Shown here in pieces: positions 1 to 10,966 of a DNA stretch of 56,301 nucleotides (within the stretch, counting starts at the first letter, position 1; the number at the start of each line of letters is the position of its first letter). The translations under genes and the position numbers were made by a program. The stretch is taken from positions 638,794-695,094 of the forward strand of contig BCKQ01000007.1 in assembly GCA_001600695.1 (NCBI GenBank), read 5' to 3'. This DNA is from Ascoidea asiatica JCM 7603 (Eukaryota; Fungi; Ascomycota). Below the pieces are notes generated by a model that was given only the letters and a program-made list of their open reading frames with translations, did no database searches and was not told the DNA's origin.

Positions 1-299
1 AAAAAAAAAAAAGAGAATGAATAACTAATTATCAAAACCTCGTTCATTTCAGTTATTTAAATATTAAAAAAAAAAAAAAAGGAAAACCTCATTACTTATT
101 TCCTCTCTATAATTTTTTCTCACTCATCTCGTACTTCTTCTTTTTGTAATTGTGTAAAGGATCCAATAATTGATTTTGTACTAATAAACCCATTTGTTTT
201 TGTGTAAGTCAGTGACTGATAATGTAAAGCTTTAGACCAAGTCTTAGATCAGTCCTTAGATTTAGTCTCTCTTTTAGAATCACTTCCCTTTATATTTAC

Positions 300-350
300 A
301 TTTGTACTTGTATTTGTATTTGTATTTGTATTTGTATTTGTATTTGTATT
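300..350. repeat. (TTTGTA)n microsatellite
   Basis: About 8 tandem TTTGTA/ATTTGT units read directly. Confidence 0.85.
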
Positions 351-671
351 TTCATATGCTTTTGTATTTTATTTTGATTGAACTTCTTTAATTTCTCTTG
401 TGCTTTTATATCAAGCGAATTTCAACCTCGGTTTTGCCACCCAAAATATGGAGTTTGTTCGGAGTTTATCCGTCGGCGGTGTGCGGATCAATTTTTCCAT
501 TTTACGGCTGCGGAAAAAGGCAAAAATAATGACAAAATTGTGCATAGAAGAAAAAGGGCATGAAAAAGATAAGGAAGACGAAGAAGAAGAAGATAGAAAG
601 ATAGCTAGATAGATATATGCATAGTTAAATAGATGATAAATGAATAAATCAATAAATCAATAAGAGATTGA

Positions 672-1730
672 CTAATTTCTAATACAACCAGTTTTGTCAG
701 TGATTTCAGTTGGACATACAACTTCTTTGAATGTAACTGTTGGATTATCAGCACCTTCAAACCATCCAAATCTAAAATTACAACCATCTTGTAAAGCTGT
801 AGGTAAATTAGCACAATCTGAACTTGAAGAAATTCCACCATATTGAGCACCCCATGAATAACTTGATCCATATTCTGAAGAACATCCAGAGAAAATACCT
901 TGTCCACCACCTGGTAATGCAATATCAAATTGATTTGAACTTAAATCGGATCCTGTATTTGTTGCTTGAACAATCATTTTTTTACCACTAATTGATGTTG
1001 AAGTAAATGTTAATTCATAACATGAACAACACATTGAAGATTCTGATCCACCTGAGATTGAGGTAGCTGCAAATCCATATGCTAAAGTATCACTAACTTC
1101 CCATGGTTGTTGATCATTACACATATATGCAGTACCACCTGTACATCCACTTTGAACATCAACTCCTAAAACAGTTGTACCATCTGAACTACATGCATTA
1201 ACTGGAGCTCCAACTGATGCTTTTCCTGACCATGAACATGATGGTTTACAACAATCCCAATATCTAGTTGTAGTACCGGTTCCAGATGCTCCGCCTGAAA
1301 TAGCAGAAACTGAAGTATCATCAGAAGAAACAGCAGATGTAGATACAGCTGAAGATGAGCTTGCACTTGTAGATGTAGTTAAAGTAGTTCCAACGGTGGA
1401 TGTTGAACTAGTTTCTGTAGTTTCAGCAGCTGCAACAACTGTATTTTCATCAGTGCTTACAGAAGAAACAGAAGAAACAGATGATGAAGAAGATTCTGGT
1501 TTTGTTGTAGCTGCTTCTAAAGTGGTTGTATCATCATTTGCAATAGCACCTGGAACACATTGAGAATAATAATCATTATAAGCAACACAACTTGAACCAG
1601 AAACACAACATGTTGAACCTGACCAATTTTTACCACCACATTGTCCATATTCAGAAGAACATGTTTCTGCTAATGATTTATTAACAAGAAATGTAGCTAA
1701 AATTGTTAATGCTGATAAACTTAGTTGCAT
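672..1730 (-). CDS. Secreted endo-beta-1,4-glucanase: signal peptide, CBM1, Ser/Thr linker, GH45 (copy 1)
   Basis: Hydrophobic N-terminus; CBM1 motif YGQCGGKNWSGSTCC...NDYYSQC; GH45 signature TTRYWDCCKPSCSW; catalytic region QFDIALPGGG. Confidence 0.96.
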   Translation of the reverse strand: MQLSLSALTILATFLVNKSLAETCSSEYGQCGGKNWSGSTCCVSGSSCVAYNDYYSQCVPGAIANDDTTTLEAATTKPESSSSSVSSVSSVSTDENTVVAAAETTETSSTSTVGTTLTTSTSASSSSAVSTSAVSSDDTSVSAISGGASGTGTTTRYWDCCKPSCSWSGKASVGAPVNACSSDGTTVLGVDVQSGCTGGTAYMCNDQQPWEVSDTLAYGFAATSISGGSESSMCCSCYELTFTSTSISGKKMIVQATNTGSDLSSNQFDIALPGGGQGIFSGCSSEYGSSYSWGAQYGGISSSSDCANLPTALQDGCNFRFGWFEGADNPTVTFKEVVCPTEITDKTGCIRN

Positions 1731-2709
1731 TTTGTTAATTGAATGATATTTATTGAAAGAAAAAAAAGTTTTAAATGAGTGACTTTATAAGTAATTTAAT
1801 TAATATTACTTTATTTATTTTATATTTCTAATATATTTTAATTTGAAAGATAATTAAAAGATAATTGAATGAAAAATATTGATAAAAACAAAGATAAAAT
1901 ATATTGGAAATTATTCATTATTTATATAATTTTTAAGGAGGCTTTAAATTTAGTTTTACTATTCTATTGTTCGTTAGTTATCGTAAATAAATATTCATAT
2001 AATGTTACAATAATTTTCTATTGTTTGTTTTCAATCATTCATGTTTTTAACAATTTTTAAACAATTGAATGAAATAAATTTTTGAAATTTTTGAAATTTT
2101 AAAAAATCCAAAACATCTTAAACATCTTAAACTTCTTAAACTTCTTAAACCATGTTAATAGTAATTGTACTACGTACCTCAAGGTAAACGTTTTTAATTA
2201 AAGTTGCTTACTGTATTAAGAGATAATTTGAAATTAATTACTAAAGTGGTAATTATGAAATTAAATTTGGGCTTAAGAATTTAAGAAAAGATAATATTCG
2301 AAGAAATATTCATTTAATATTCACTTAATATTATATTGAAAACAAATTAAAGTAAGGAGAGAACATGGATTCTTGATGAAAATCTTACTATTTCTCATTT
2401 GAAAAATCGACAATCATTGAAATCAATTGGAAATTATTCAAAAATTAATTAAATAAATGAAATTAAATGAAGTTAAATGAAATTTTCTGTGTTTTCAAAT
2501 TGAATTTTGTTATAAAAAAGAATGAAGGAATTTAAAGTTTTAGAAAACACAGACCCATTGTATTGGTAAAACCTTATAAACATGATTAAAAGTCAATATA
2601 CAGCTAGGTGCATTGCATCCAATGCTCTGGTTTGTAAATATTGCGTTATTTCATTAATTTTATAAAAAATTAGTTATTTTACTCAAGTAATTATTTTATT
2701 CTCTGATGT

Positions 2710-3450
2710 TTAAATATTTTCAACTTTAGTATCAGCTTTGATAGATTCATTCTTAGAAATTTTCTCATTCTCAATCTCATTTTCAGATTCAGAATTAGAT
2801 TCAGAGTCAGAATCAATTTCAATAAGTTCACCACAATCTGCAATTATAAAATTAACTACAGGTTTATCATTAAATGAAGTTTTTGTATTTTCAATTTTTC
2901 TGATAATATCCATACCTTCAACAACTTTACCAAAAACAACATGTTTGCCATCTAACCACGAGGTTTTAACAGTTGTAATAAAAAATTGTGAACCGTTTGT
3001 ATTACTACCAGCATTTGCCATTGATAAAATACCAGGTTCTGTATGTTTTAATCTAAAATTTTCATCATTGAATTTATTACCATAAATGGATTTACCACCA
3101 GTCCCATTACCATTAGTAAAATCACCACCTTGAATCATGAAACTTTTAATAACTCTATGAAAAATAGAATTTTTATAACCAAATTTTAAATCTTTTGAAG
3201 TCGATAATTTTTTGAAATTTTCAACAGTTTTTGGTACAACATTACCATATAAGCCAATTATTATTTTACCTAAATTCTCATCATCTTGTTTAAGATCAAA
3301 GTAGACTTTACTTGTAAACTTCAATTCTTCTTTAGTCAATGGAATTTTATCCTTTGGATCTTCAAGTGGATTTAAAAAACAATATAATCCAAATAGTATT
3401 GCAACTATTAGTACAACTATTTTTATCAGAGTTTCGTTAAATTCAATCAT
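2710..3450 (-). CDS. Cyclophilin-type PPIase with N-terminal signal/TM anchor (secretory pathway, Cpr2/Cpr5-like)
   Basis: [34 protein letters not shown] and [10 protein letters not shown] motifs; hydrophobic N-terminus; acidic tail with no HDEL. Confidence 0.93.
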   Translation of the reverse strand: MIEFNETLIKIVVLIVAILFGLYCFLNPLEDPKDKIPLTKEELKFTSKVYFDLKQDDENLGKIIIGLYGNVVPKTVENFKKLSTSKDLKFGYKNSIFHRVIKSFMIQGGDFTNGNGTGGKSIYGNKFNDENFRLKHTEPGILSMANAGSNTNGSQFFITTVKTSWLDGKHVVFGKVVEGMDIIRKIENTKTSFNDKPVVNFIIADCGELIEIDSDSESNSESENEIENEKISKNESIKADTKVENI

Positions 3451-4955
3451 GACTTTTGATAATCTTTACTTTGACAATTTAAGATTCTTCATTTGATAAA
3501 AGTTACTCGAGTAAATTATAATAATATTGATAAAACGTTATCAAGTGAGTGTCTGAGCTTGAGTGAGGAAGTAAGCAACGGAGAGACAGGCTGAATTGAG
3601 CTATTGACACGCTTCCCTGTGCAAATGGAATAAGGGATACCATTGCACTAAATTGGTCAGTAACGGTAATAATGTAGGACAAGCATAGTCCTGTTCATAT
3701 AACCTCTGAGAGACCATACTTGCGGCGCTGCTCTTGGACTGGCTTCCTCTCCACGAAGATTGCCGTTTTAGGAAATCTTATCCTTATATCACTCTCATCA
3801 TAATAATGGTTGCGATTCTGTCTCCCTCAAAGTGTTTAAGCTTCTTTCAAAGTAAATCCGAGCAAAGTTTATTTACTAAAGCCTAAATCAAGTCAATCAA
3901 ATCATCGAAAGCAAATCAAAGAAATGGAATTACTTCAGTCATTGGAATACTTCAGTCGATGGAATTAAAAGAATAATATTGAAGCAACAAATAAGATAAT
4001 AATAAAATTTGCTAGATTGGTTTGAAGCTTACTTGGCTTAATTAAAAAACTAGCAATCGAAATTTGATTCCTTTTAATTTGCTGTGAAATTTGTTTATTT
4101 TCAAAGAATAATGAGTAGAAACCAAAAAATAGAAGAAGAAAAATTAAAGAATGAAAGCAATTTGAAAAATGAAAACAAGTTTGAATAGATTAACAAAATT
4201 AAAAAAATAAACAAATTTTCTGAAGAAAAACATACGATATTTTGTTTGTTTTTATATTCATTTGAAAATATTCAGAAAACTATTAATCTTACTGTAGTTC
4301 TCTTAAGTTTTTAAAAGATTCTATCTTTAAATTAACTCAATAAAGTATTAATAATACTTTATAAACTTTTTATATTCCTAATTCAATTAGAGTTATGAAA
4401 AAATACTAATTTGATATTAATAATGATATACTGTAAATAAATTATACATACAATCTTTTGTTATTGATCCAAAGCAATACAAAGTACAATTATACTGGTT
4501 TTATTCAAAACCCATTTTCTTATCATTGAAATTTTCCAAAATTGGTCCAAGTCTGCGAACCATTTTCCATATCTATTTATCTATCTAATGATCTTTATTA
4601 GTACTACTAATACTATTAGTACTGTATATGCCTATTATGTAATACTATTCTACAATAATACAATCATATTACTCCAATCAAAAAAAACACTCCATAGAAT
4701 TATACAAACATTACTGATTTCATCAATGTCATAATATCAATATTAATCAATAATTGCTTTTAGTTATTTTCGATTATATCTTTCAAATTTTTCTTCTTTT
4801 TATAAAAAGCTTCTGATTTTTCTTTAATTCATTGATTTAAAATTCTTTTATTCTCTTTTATTTCTTTTTCTAAATCACTTTAATAAATATTAATTATTTG
4901 ATTAACAAATTAAGCAATAAACTAAAAATTTATAAAAAACTATTATCAATTCAAA

Positions 4956-6236
4956 ATGAGTTTCTTACATTATACTTTACCTCCTATTATCTTAATTACT
5001 TTAGCATTTAGTGTTAAACAATATTTAAATTCTCAAAATTTAAAATCAAAATCAAATCCAGTTAATGAAAAAAAATTTGATAAAAAAAATTCATATTATG
5101 CTTCACCTGATGATCCAATTCCAGAACCAACTCCATTGATGATAACTCCAGAACAAGTTAAAAATTATGATGATAGACCTTGGAGACCATTTAGATTTCC
5201 ATATCATCAAACAATGTCAATTTATAAATTAGACCCAAATCATTGGTTAGATATGGATAAATATTATTGGCATTATATTCAAGAAAAACAAAGAATTTAT
5301 CATAAATATGGTGATGAGAATATTGGTTGGTTACCTGAAAGTTGGGATGCTTGTGTTGAATTAATGGAAATTGTAAGAGATCATATGGTTAAAAGATATC
5401 CATTATTATTTACAAAAGTTAATGGTAGTAGTAAAATTATTAAAAATGAATTAACCGGTGAAACTTTAGATACAACTTTTCCATTGAAAGAACATCCATT
5501 AATTTATGTATCTAAAATGGCAAAAGAAGATTTTTATATAGCTTTAAAAAGAGATGATGGTAGACATTATATGGTTGCAGGTGCTGTTCCATTCCCAGGT
5601 GGTTCTTTTGGTATTAATACTAAAATTGGTAAACATATTGATCAAATACATACTAATGTTCCATATTATGAAACTAAATTGAAAACTTCAATGGAAAGAT
5701 GGTTTAATAGAATGCAACCAAGTGAATTAATTGAAAGAGCTTCTTGGTATATTACTTGGGATAGAAAATTATTATGTAATAATATTTATGCTTTAAAAGA
5801 AAATGAAAAAGTTGATTCTTCTGTACCACCAACTGAATTTAATGTTAGAGTTGAAAGACAAACTTTAAGAAGATTACCAAGATCCAAAGCAATTATTTTT
5901 ACTAATCATCCTGTATTTTATGGTATTGAGGAAATGAAAGATGAACCTTTAGTTCCAAGTTTAATTAGAAAAATAATGTATGAAGCTCCAGAAGATATTA
6001 TTAAATATAAATCTTTTGAAAAAATTAGAGATCATATTTTACCTTACTTAAACTCTTTAGTTGATAGACAAGTTAAATTAGGTATTATCAAGGAAGATAC
6101 TCCTGTTAAAACTTTACCAACTTATCCATTTGCTCATTTTGTTAAAGAAGAAGCTCAACCTTTAGGTTGGAAATCTCCTCATGAATCTGCTAAGAAATAT
6201 CAAGAAGAACTTTCTAAGAAGAAACTTGAGGTTTAA
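4956..6236 (+). CDS. DUF3445 / HRQ-family protein (heme-dependent oxidative N-demethylase alpha-like)
   Basis: RPFRFPYHQTM, EDF, IHTNVP and RVERQTLRRLPRSKAIIFT motifs typical of fungal DUF3445 proteins; N-terminal hydrophobic segment. Confidence 0.75.
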   Translation: MSFLHYTLPPIILITLAFSVKQYLNSQNLKSKSNPVNEKKFDKKNSYYASPDDPIPEPTPLMITPEQVKNYDDRPWRPFRFPYHQTMSIYKLDPNHWLDMDKYYWHYIQEKQRIYHKYGDENIGWLPESWDACVELMEIVRDHMVKRYPLLFTKVNGSSKIIKNELTGETLDTTFPLKEHPLIYVSKMAKEDFYIALKRDDGRHYMVAGAVPFPGGSFGINTKIGKHIDQIHTNVPYYETKLKTSMERWFNRMQPSELIERASWYITWDRKLLCNNIYALKENEKVDSSVPPTEFNVRVERQTLRRLPRSKAIIFTNHPVFYGIEEMKDEPLVPSLIRKIMYEAPEDIIKYKSFEKIRDHILPYLNSLVDRQVKLGIIKEDTPVKTLPTYPFAHFVKEEAQPLGWKSPHESAKKYQEELSKKKLEV

Positions 6237-6779
6237 TTTCCCAACCAAAAGTATGGTATTTAATAGTGATTTCCTATTTAATGTTTCATTTTTTTATGAA
6301 ATCATTAAATTCTCCTCCTCTCCTTTCCTTTTTTTTCTTCTTTTTTTTCTTTCATTTCATTCACCTTCTCTATATTTTTTTTTTATCTAAAACTTAATTA
6401 TCTAAAACTTTTTTATGCTCATAATTGTTTATGCCTCTTATAAACATTTCACACTTTCTTTTTCTCAATTGCTTATTTATAATCTTTCTTTTGAAATAAA
6501 TATATTCTCAAAATTAAATCCAATTTAAGTCAATTCAAAAAATACTGTAAGTTTCAAGCATAAATTTTATTGCAAATTTCAGAATTTGGCAGAAACCTTC
6601 TTTTTTGTATAAATATACGGTTTAGAAATCCGGCCAATTAAATCTACGGATTTTGTGAATTATTATGAAAAATTTAAATAATAAATAATTTAAAATATAA
6701 AATTTATTTTTTTCAACAAAATGATCAATGTATTGTTATTGATTGATTTCTAATTTATTCTTGATTTTAATTATTAAAA

Positions 6780-8063
6780 ATGTTCAAAACTATATTCCCA
6801 AGAAACAATGGTTTCAAAAGATTTTTAAGTAAAACAGCTTTAAGCTTGAATAAAAAATTTTATATGAAAAGTATAATAAATCCCAATGAAGCAAATTTAA
6901 TTAATTCATTGAAATCAAATATTATAGGGAATGAAAAGAATTACAAATCATTATTATTGGTTTCAACGGCGAATAACTGCCAATTGATAACTAATAAAGC
7001 CTTGGATATTCATACTTCAAATCCGGAATTAAGTGTATTTTTGATAGTAGTTGATTCAATTGGAAATTCATTTAGGAATGGAATCAGCTGTTTATGGACG
7101 AAGGATGAAATAAAGATTGAAGATTCTGAAAAGCTAAAAGAAAATGATATCAATTATGGGCGAAATTCGAATAAATGGGAATTGCCAAACAAGAGTTTTT
7201 TTCAATTTAAACTCCCTTTTCAATTAACTAAAGAGAATAGTCAATTAATTGAATATAATATAAAAACAAAATTAACAAATACACTTTTTAATAATGAGAA
7301 AATTATAACTATGTTTTATTTGTTATCAAAAAAATATGAACTTGAAGCTAGAAATAATAATTTTAATGAAAAAATAATTAACAATTCCAATGATTATTTA
7401 TCAAATTTAAAAATAAAAATTCCAGTTTTAGAAGTTGATTTAAATCTTCAGGAATTCAATGAAAAAATAAAATTTAAAAACTATTTGAAAGAGTTGAAAA
7501 ATGCAAATGATCAGAAACTTATTATAACAAGCTGTAAGGGTAATCTTATAAAAGAATTAAACAACAATGGTGCAGCAGATTATTTACAAAAAAACACCGA
7601 AATAAAGAAAATCAAAACAACTAATGTAAAAATTTACTCCACGATAATAAATAGTAATAATGGTTCTCAAAACGAGATAAATAATACTAAACTTATTGAT
7701 TCAAAAATCCAGAATAGATTTGAAGTAATTGGTGGAGGCGGTGAATGGGGTAATAAATCAAACATTCTAGCCATTTCACCAGAAGCAGAATTACAGGAAG
7801 ACTTAGAAGTAAAATTTTCAATGCTTGATCCGGATTCCATTCCAGAAATTCCAGTAAATCTTTCTCAATTTAATAATGAAGGGTTTGAATTTGAATGCAC
7901 TAAAAAACAAAATTCATATAAACCAGAAGTTTCTCATGTACCTGACACCTCTATTGAAAACTACTTTGGAATAGGTAGTGAAAATGGAATCAAAATAAAT
8001 GGTGTCAATTTTGATTCAGAAAATGAAGTTGTTAATTTTCAACTTACAAAAAAATGTGATTAG
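6780..8063 (+). CDS. Hypothetical protein with mitochondrial-presequence-like N-terminus (possibly FIST-like)
   Basis: 427-aa ORF; basic, acid-free N-terminus; GGGGEWGNK motif. The family assignment is tentative. Confidence 0.55.
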   Translation: MFKTIFPRNNGFKRFLSKTALSLNKKFYMKSIINPNEANLINSLKSNIIGNEKNYKSLLLVSTANNCQLITNKALDIHTSNPELSVFLIVVDSIGNSFRNGISCLWTKDEIKIEDSEKLKENDINYGRNSNKWELPNKSFFQFKLPFQLTKENSQLIEYNIKTKLTNTLFNNEKIITMFYLLSKKYELEARNNNFNEKIINNSNDYLSNLKIKIPVLEVDLNLQEFNEKIKFKNYLKELKNANDQKLIITSCKGNLIKELNNNGAADYLQKNTEIKKIKTTNVKIYSTIINSNNGSQNEINNTKLIDSKIQNRFEVIGGGGEWGNKSNILAISPEAELQEDLEVKFSMLDPDSIPEIPVNLSQFNNEGFEFECTKKQNSYKPEVSHVPDTSIENYFGIGSENGIKINGVNFDSENEVVNFQLTKKCD

Positions 8064-8272
8064 TAAAGTTTGTTTAATGTCTCATTTTTTCTTGTAGAAA
8101 ATAAAAATCATGAATGTGTATATATGTATATATGTAAGTTAAAAAAGATAAAAGATAAAAGATAAAAAGCTTGATAATGATTGAAAAAATGAAAATCTTC
8201 TTAATGTAAGTTTGGATGATTTTTTGCATAAAGGTTTAGAAAAGATGTGAAAAAAAATTGGAAGTTTTAAAT

Positions 8273-9436
8273 TTAGTGTTTATCATATTTCTTTTTGATA
8301 TCTTCATCTGAAATATCCATTTCTTTCCAAGTGGCTCCAGCATAAATTTCTAATTCTTCAAGGAATTTCATAACTTTTGTTTTTTCAAATAATTTCCCTG
8401 ATTTTTTTCTTTCATTAACATTATTTTTAATTGCATTACATCTTTTGACTAAGATATCCATCCTATAATTAATCCATTCTGGATAGAAATCGTTATATCT
8501 TGATCCAGGACTAATTTCTGGAATAACAGTAGATAAAACAGATCTGTCATGAATAAATGGATCAACAGGAACATAAGAGGTAACTGAAGTTAATCTTTCA
8601 GTAAATCCTAATGGTCTAGAAGCAATATGTTCAATGAATCTTCCTTGTAATACAGTACAATAACCTTGTTTGGGACCATCAACAGTCACAATTTTATCAT
8701 TACCCATTTTAAGGATTGTTTCACCTCCAATCATTTTTGTTGTATCAGATAACATTAAAACACAAACAAATGGATATGAATCAAAATGCCATCCAATAAT
8801 TGAAGGAATTAAATTATCTTTTCCATACATTTCACCTTTTTTAATTAATTCTCTATTATGAGCAATAACTTCTTGTTCTGAATCATCTTTACTTTTCATT
8901 GCAATATTAGTGTGAGCAACTTCATAATCCATAATAACTTTTAGACCAACACCAGCCATTAAAGAAACAATTTCATTTGTTTTTGGATGATTCCAAGCTG
9001 CTTGAGTAAAAGGAGAACTTTCTTTAGAAAATCCTCTAATTGTACCATCAAGACCAGTGGTTGAACTACCGGATACTCTAGCATATTTTAAAAAAACTTC
9101 TTTTCTGAGAACTTCAGCCCTCATTATATCAATGGCTTCTTTAGAAAACATTGGAAAAGGAGCACTTGCACCAATTGGGGAAATTTGATGTTCATTTTCA
9201 ACAGCTAACTCTTTCATAGTGAATCTTCTGGTAGCTTTGAAGTCTTTTTCTTTATCAAAGATTAAATGTTTTTCAGGATCAAATTTGGTATTAATGTCAA
9301 CTTCTTTTAACAATTCAAATAATGGTTTTAGATTTTCATTATAAACATTTTCGGAAAAAGCCTTTGAAAGACTACCAGTATAGACGTCTTCCTTAATATC
9401 TGAGATACTTAAATTTGATACTAAAGCAGTGGCCAT
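8273..9436 (-). CDS. Putative Fe(II)/2-oxoglutarate dioxygenase-fold protein
   Basis: HxD motif in WHFDSYPFVCVLMLSD, GGET, distal His in LQGRFIEHIA, and ERLTSVTS. Confidence 0.75.
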   Translation of the reverse strand: MATALVSNLSISDIKEDVYTGSLSKAFSENVYNENLKPLFELLKEVDINTKFDPEKHLIFDKEKDFKATRRFTMKELAVENEHQISPIGASAPFPMFSKEAIDIMRAEVLRKEVFLKYARVSGSSTTGLDGTIRGFSKESSPFTQAAWNHPKTNEIVSLMAGVGLKVIMDYEVAHTNIAMKSKDDSEQEVIAHNRELIKKGEMYGKDNLIPSIIGWHFDSYPFVCVLMLSDTTKMIGGETILKMGNDKIVTVDGPKQGYCTVLQGRFIEHIASRPLGFTERLTSVTSYVPVDPFIHDRSVLSTVIPEISPGSRYNDFYPEWINYRMDILVKRCNAIKNNVNERKKSGKLFEKTKVMKFLEELEIYAGATWKEMDISDEDIKKKYDKH

Positions 9437-10966
9437 TTTGAGAGTGGAATTTAATAAAAAGAATTTAATAAAATAATAATAAAAGCAAAAATTGAGGTTT
9501 TAATTTATTGAGATTATTTGATTGAGGATGATTGGAAAAAAAAATTAACTAATATTAAAATAAAAAGAATTTCATTTAAATTTATATTTTTTTTTAAATT
9601 GCATAAATATTTATCGAGTTAAAGATATATCAACTGATAAAGCCGTGTGAGTTACTCAAAATAAAATAATTGAATTGAATTGATAAAAAAACATAACTAA
9701 TTTCACATATTGTTAGAATTAGTCTTTTGATCTTTCACAACTTTTTTAATAGATTGGTTTTTCATTATAATAACGTTTTGAAATACCAAACTATTCCAAC
9801 TCAAGTTGTAATTCCTTCAAAGAAATCAGTTGGTAATATCATGGAGATAAGAATATTTTAGAAAAAAATATAGATGCAAAGGCTTGCAACATTACTGTTT
9901 TCAATGCCTTCAAGCTCAAGATATTGCTAATTCAAACTATATTAATAGGAAAAAAGACTTCAGAAGTGATGTTGACTTCCTAATCGAAAACTACGGAAAA
10001 TTGGGTTAGAAATTAAAAAATTATAGATCTGTATCTCTTTTCAAATTAAAATACTCTGCGCTGCTGAAAAAAATATATATATGATTATTCATAGATAATG
10101 GCTAATATAAGTATTTGGAATTAGCCTGATAGAATATCAGTTTCCTTCTTGATAAAAATCTTTGAATCCTTTAAAGGTAGAGTTTTGAATTAGTTTTAAT
10201 GATGATTGGTAATTAATAACTCTGACTATTAGATGATCTAATTAGATTAGCCAATTATTGTCGAATCCTTCTTACAAAAATGATTTTTTAAGAAAAAGCT
10301 GGAATAAATTGGATACTGCAGTAGTTGTTATCAAGTCTTGCAAGGTCTCAAATGATTATTGATTGGTCATTGAAAGAGATCTTTAAGAAAAGAGGAAGAT
10401 TTCCTGATAAAAAAAGAGGTTTGCTTCTAAAATTCTGTGCTCTTCAAATAGGAAAGCGATAGAAAGCAAAGATAAATAGGAATTAGGGCAATCTTAATCC
10501 CGATTATTAGAATCCAGGACGTAGTTTAGGGCATAAGATTGAAGCCCCGTATTTCTGGTCTCAATTTTATTTTTTTGTTATACCCACAGTACTGGTTTTA
10601 AGCAATATGTGCTATAATGCAAGTATGCATAATTAGGCATGTTTTGGAAAACGGAGAATACGAGCTTGGAAAAAGCGGATTTAGTGCCCGATTTGGGAAA
10701 TCAGCAAATTTTCATTCCAAGAAACATTAATCTAAAAGATCAGGAACCAATTTTTCAGTCTTTATTAGCAGCTATTATACAGTATATTATATATTTAGTA
10801 AGTTTCGATTCTTTATTTATTATTGAAGGTAATAATAACTGTTTGAAAGTGAAGCTTATTATCTAGTTTATAAATGAGATCTTTGCTTCATTTACTTGCT
10901 CTTTTCAACTTTTATTAAAAAGAAATAATAGACAAAAAAAGCTATTATTATAACTTTGCTATACAA

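Noticed and set aside
378-1366. Short ORFs overlapping or adjacent to GH45 copy 1, and their equivalents at 52101-53123
   Set aside because: Alternative-frame shadows of the real gene; they recur only because the gene is duplicated.
10798-10932. GTAAGT upstream of TAH18 as a 5'-UTR intron
   Set aside because: No CTAAC-type branch point before the downstream AGs.
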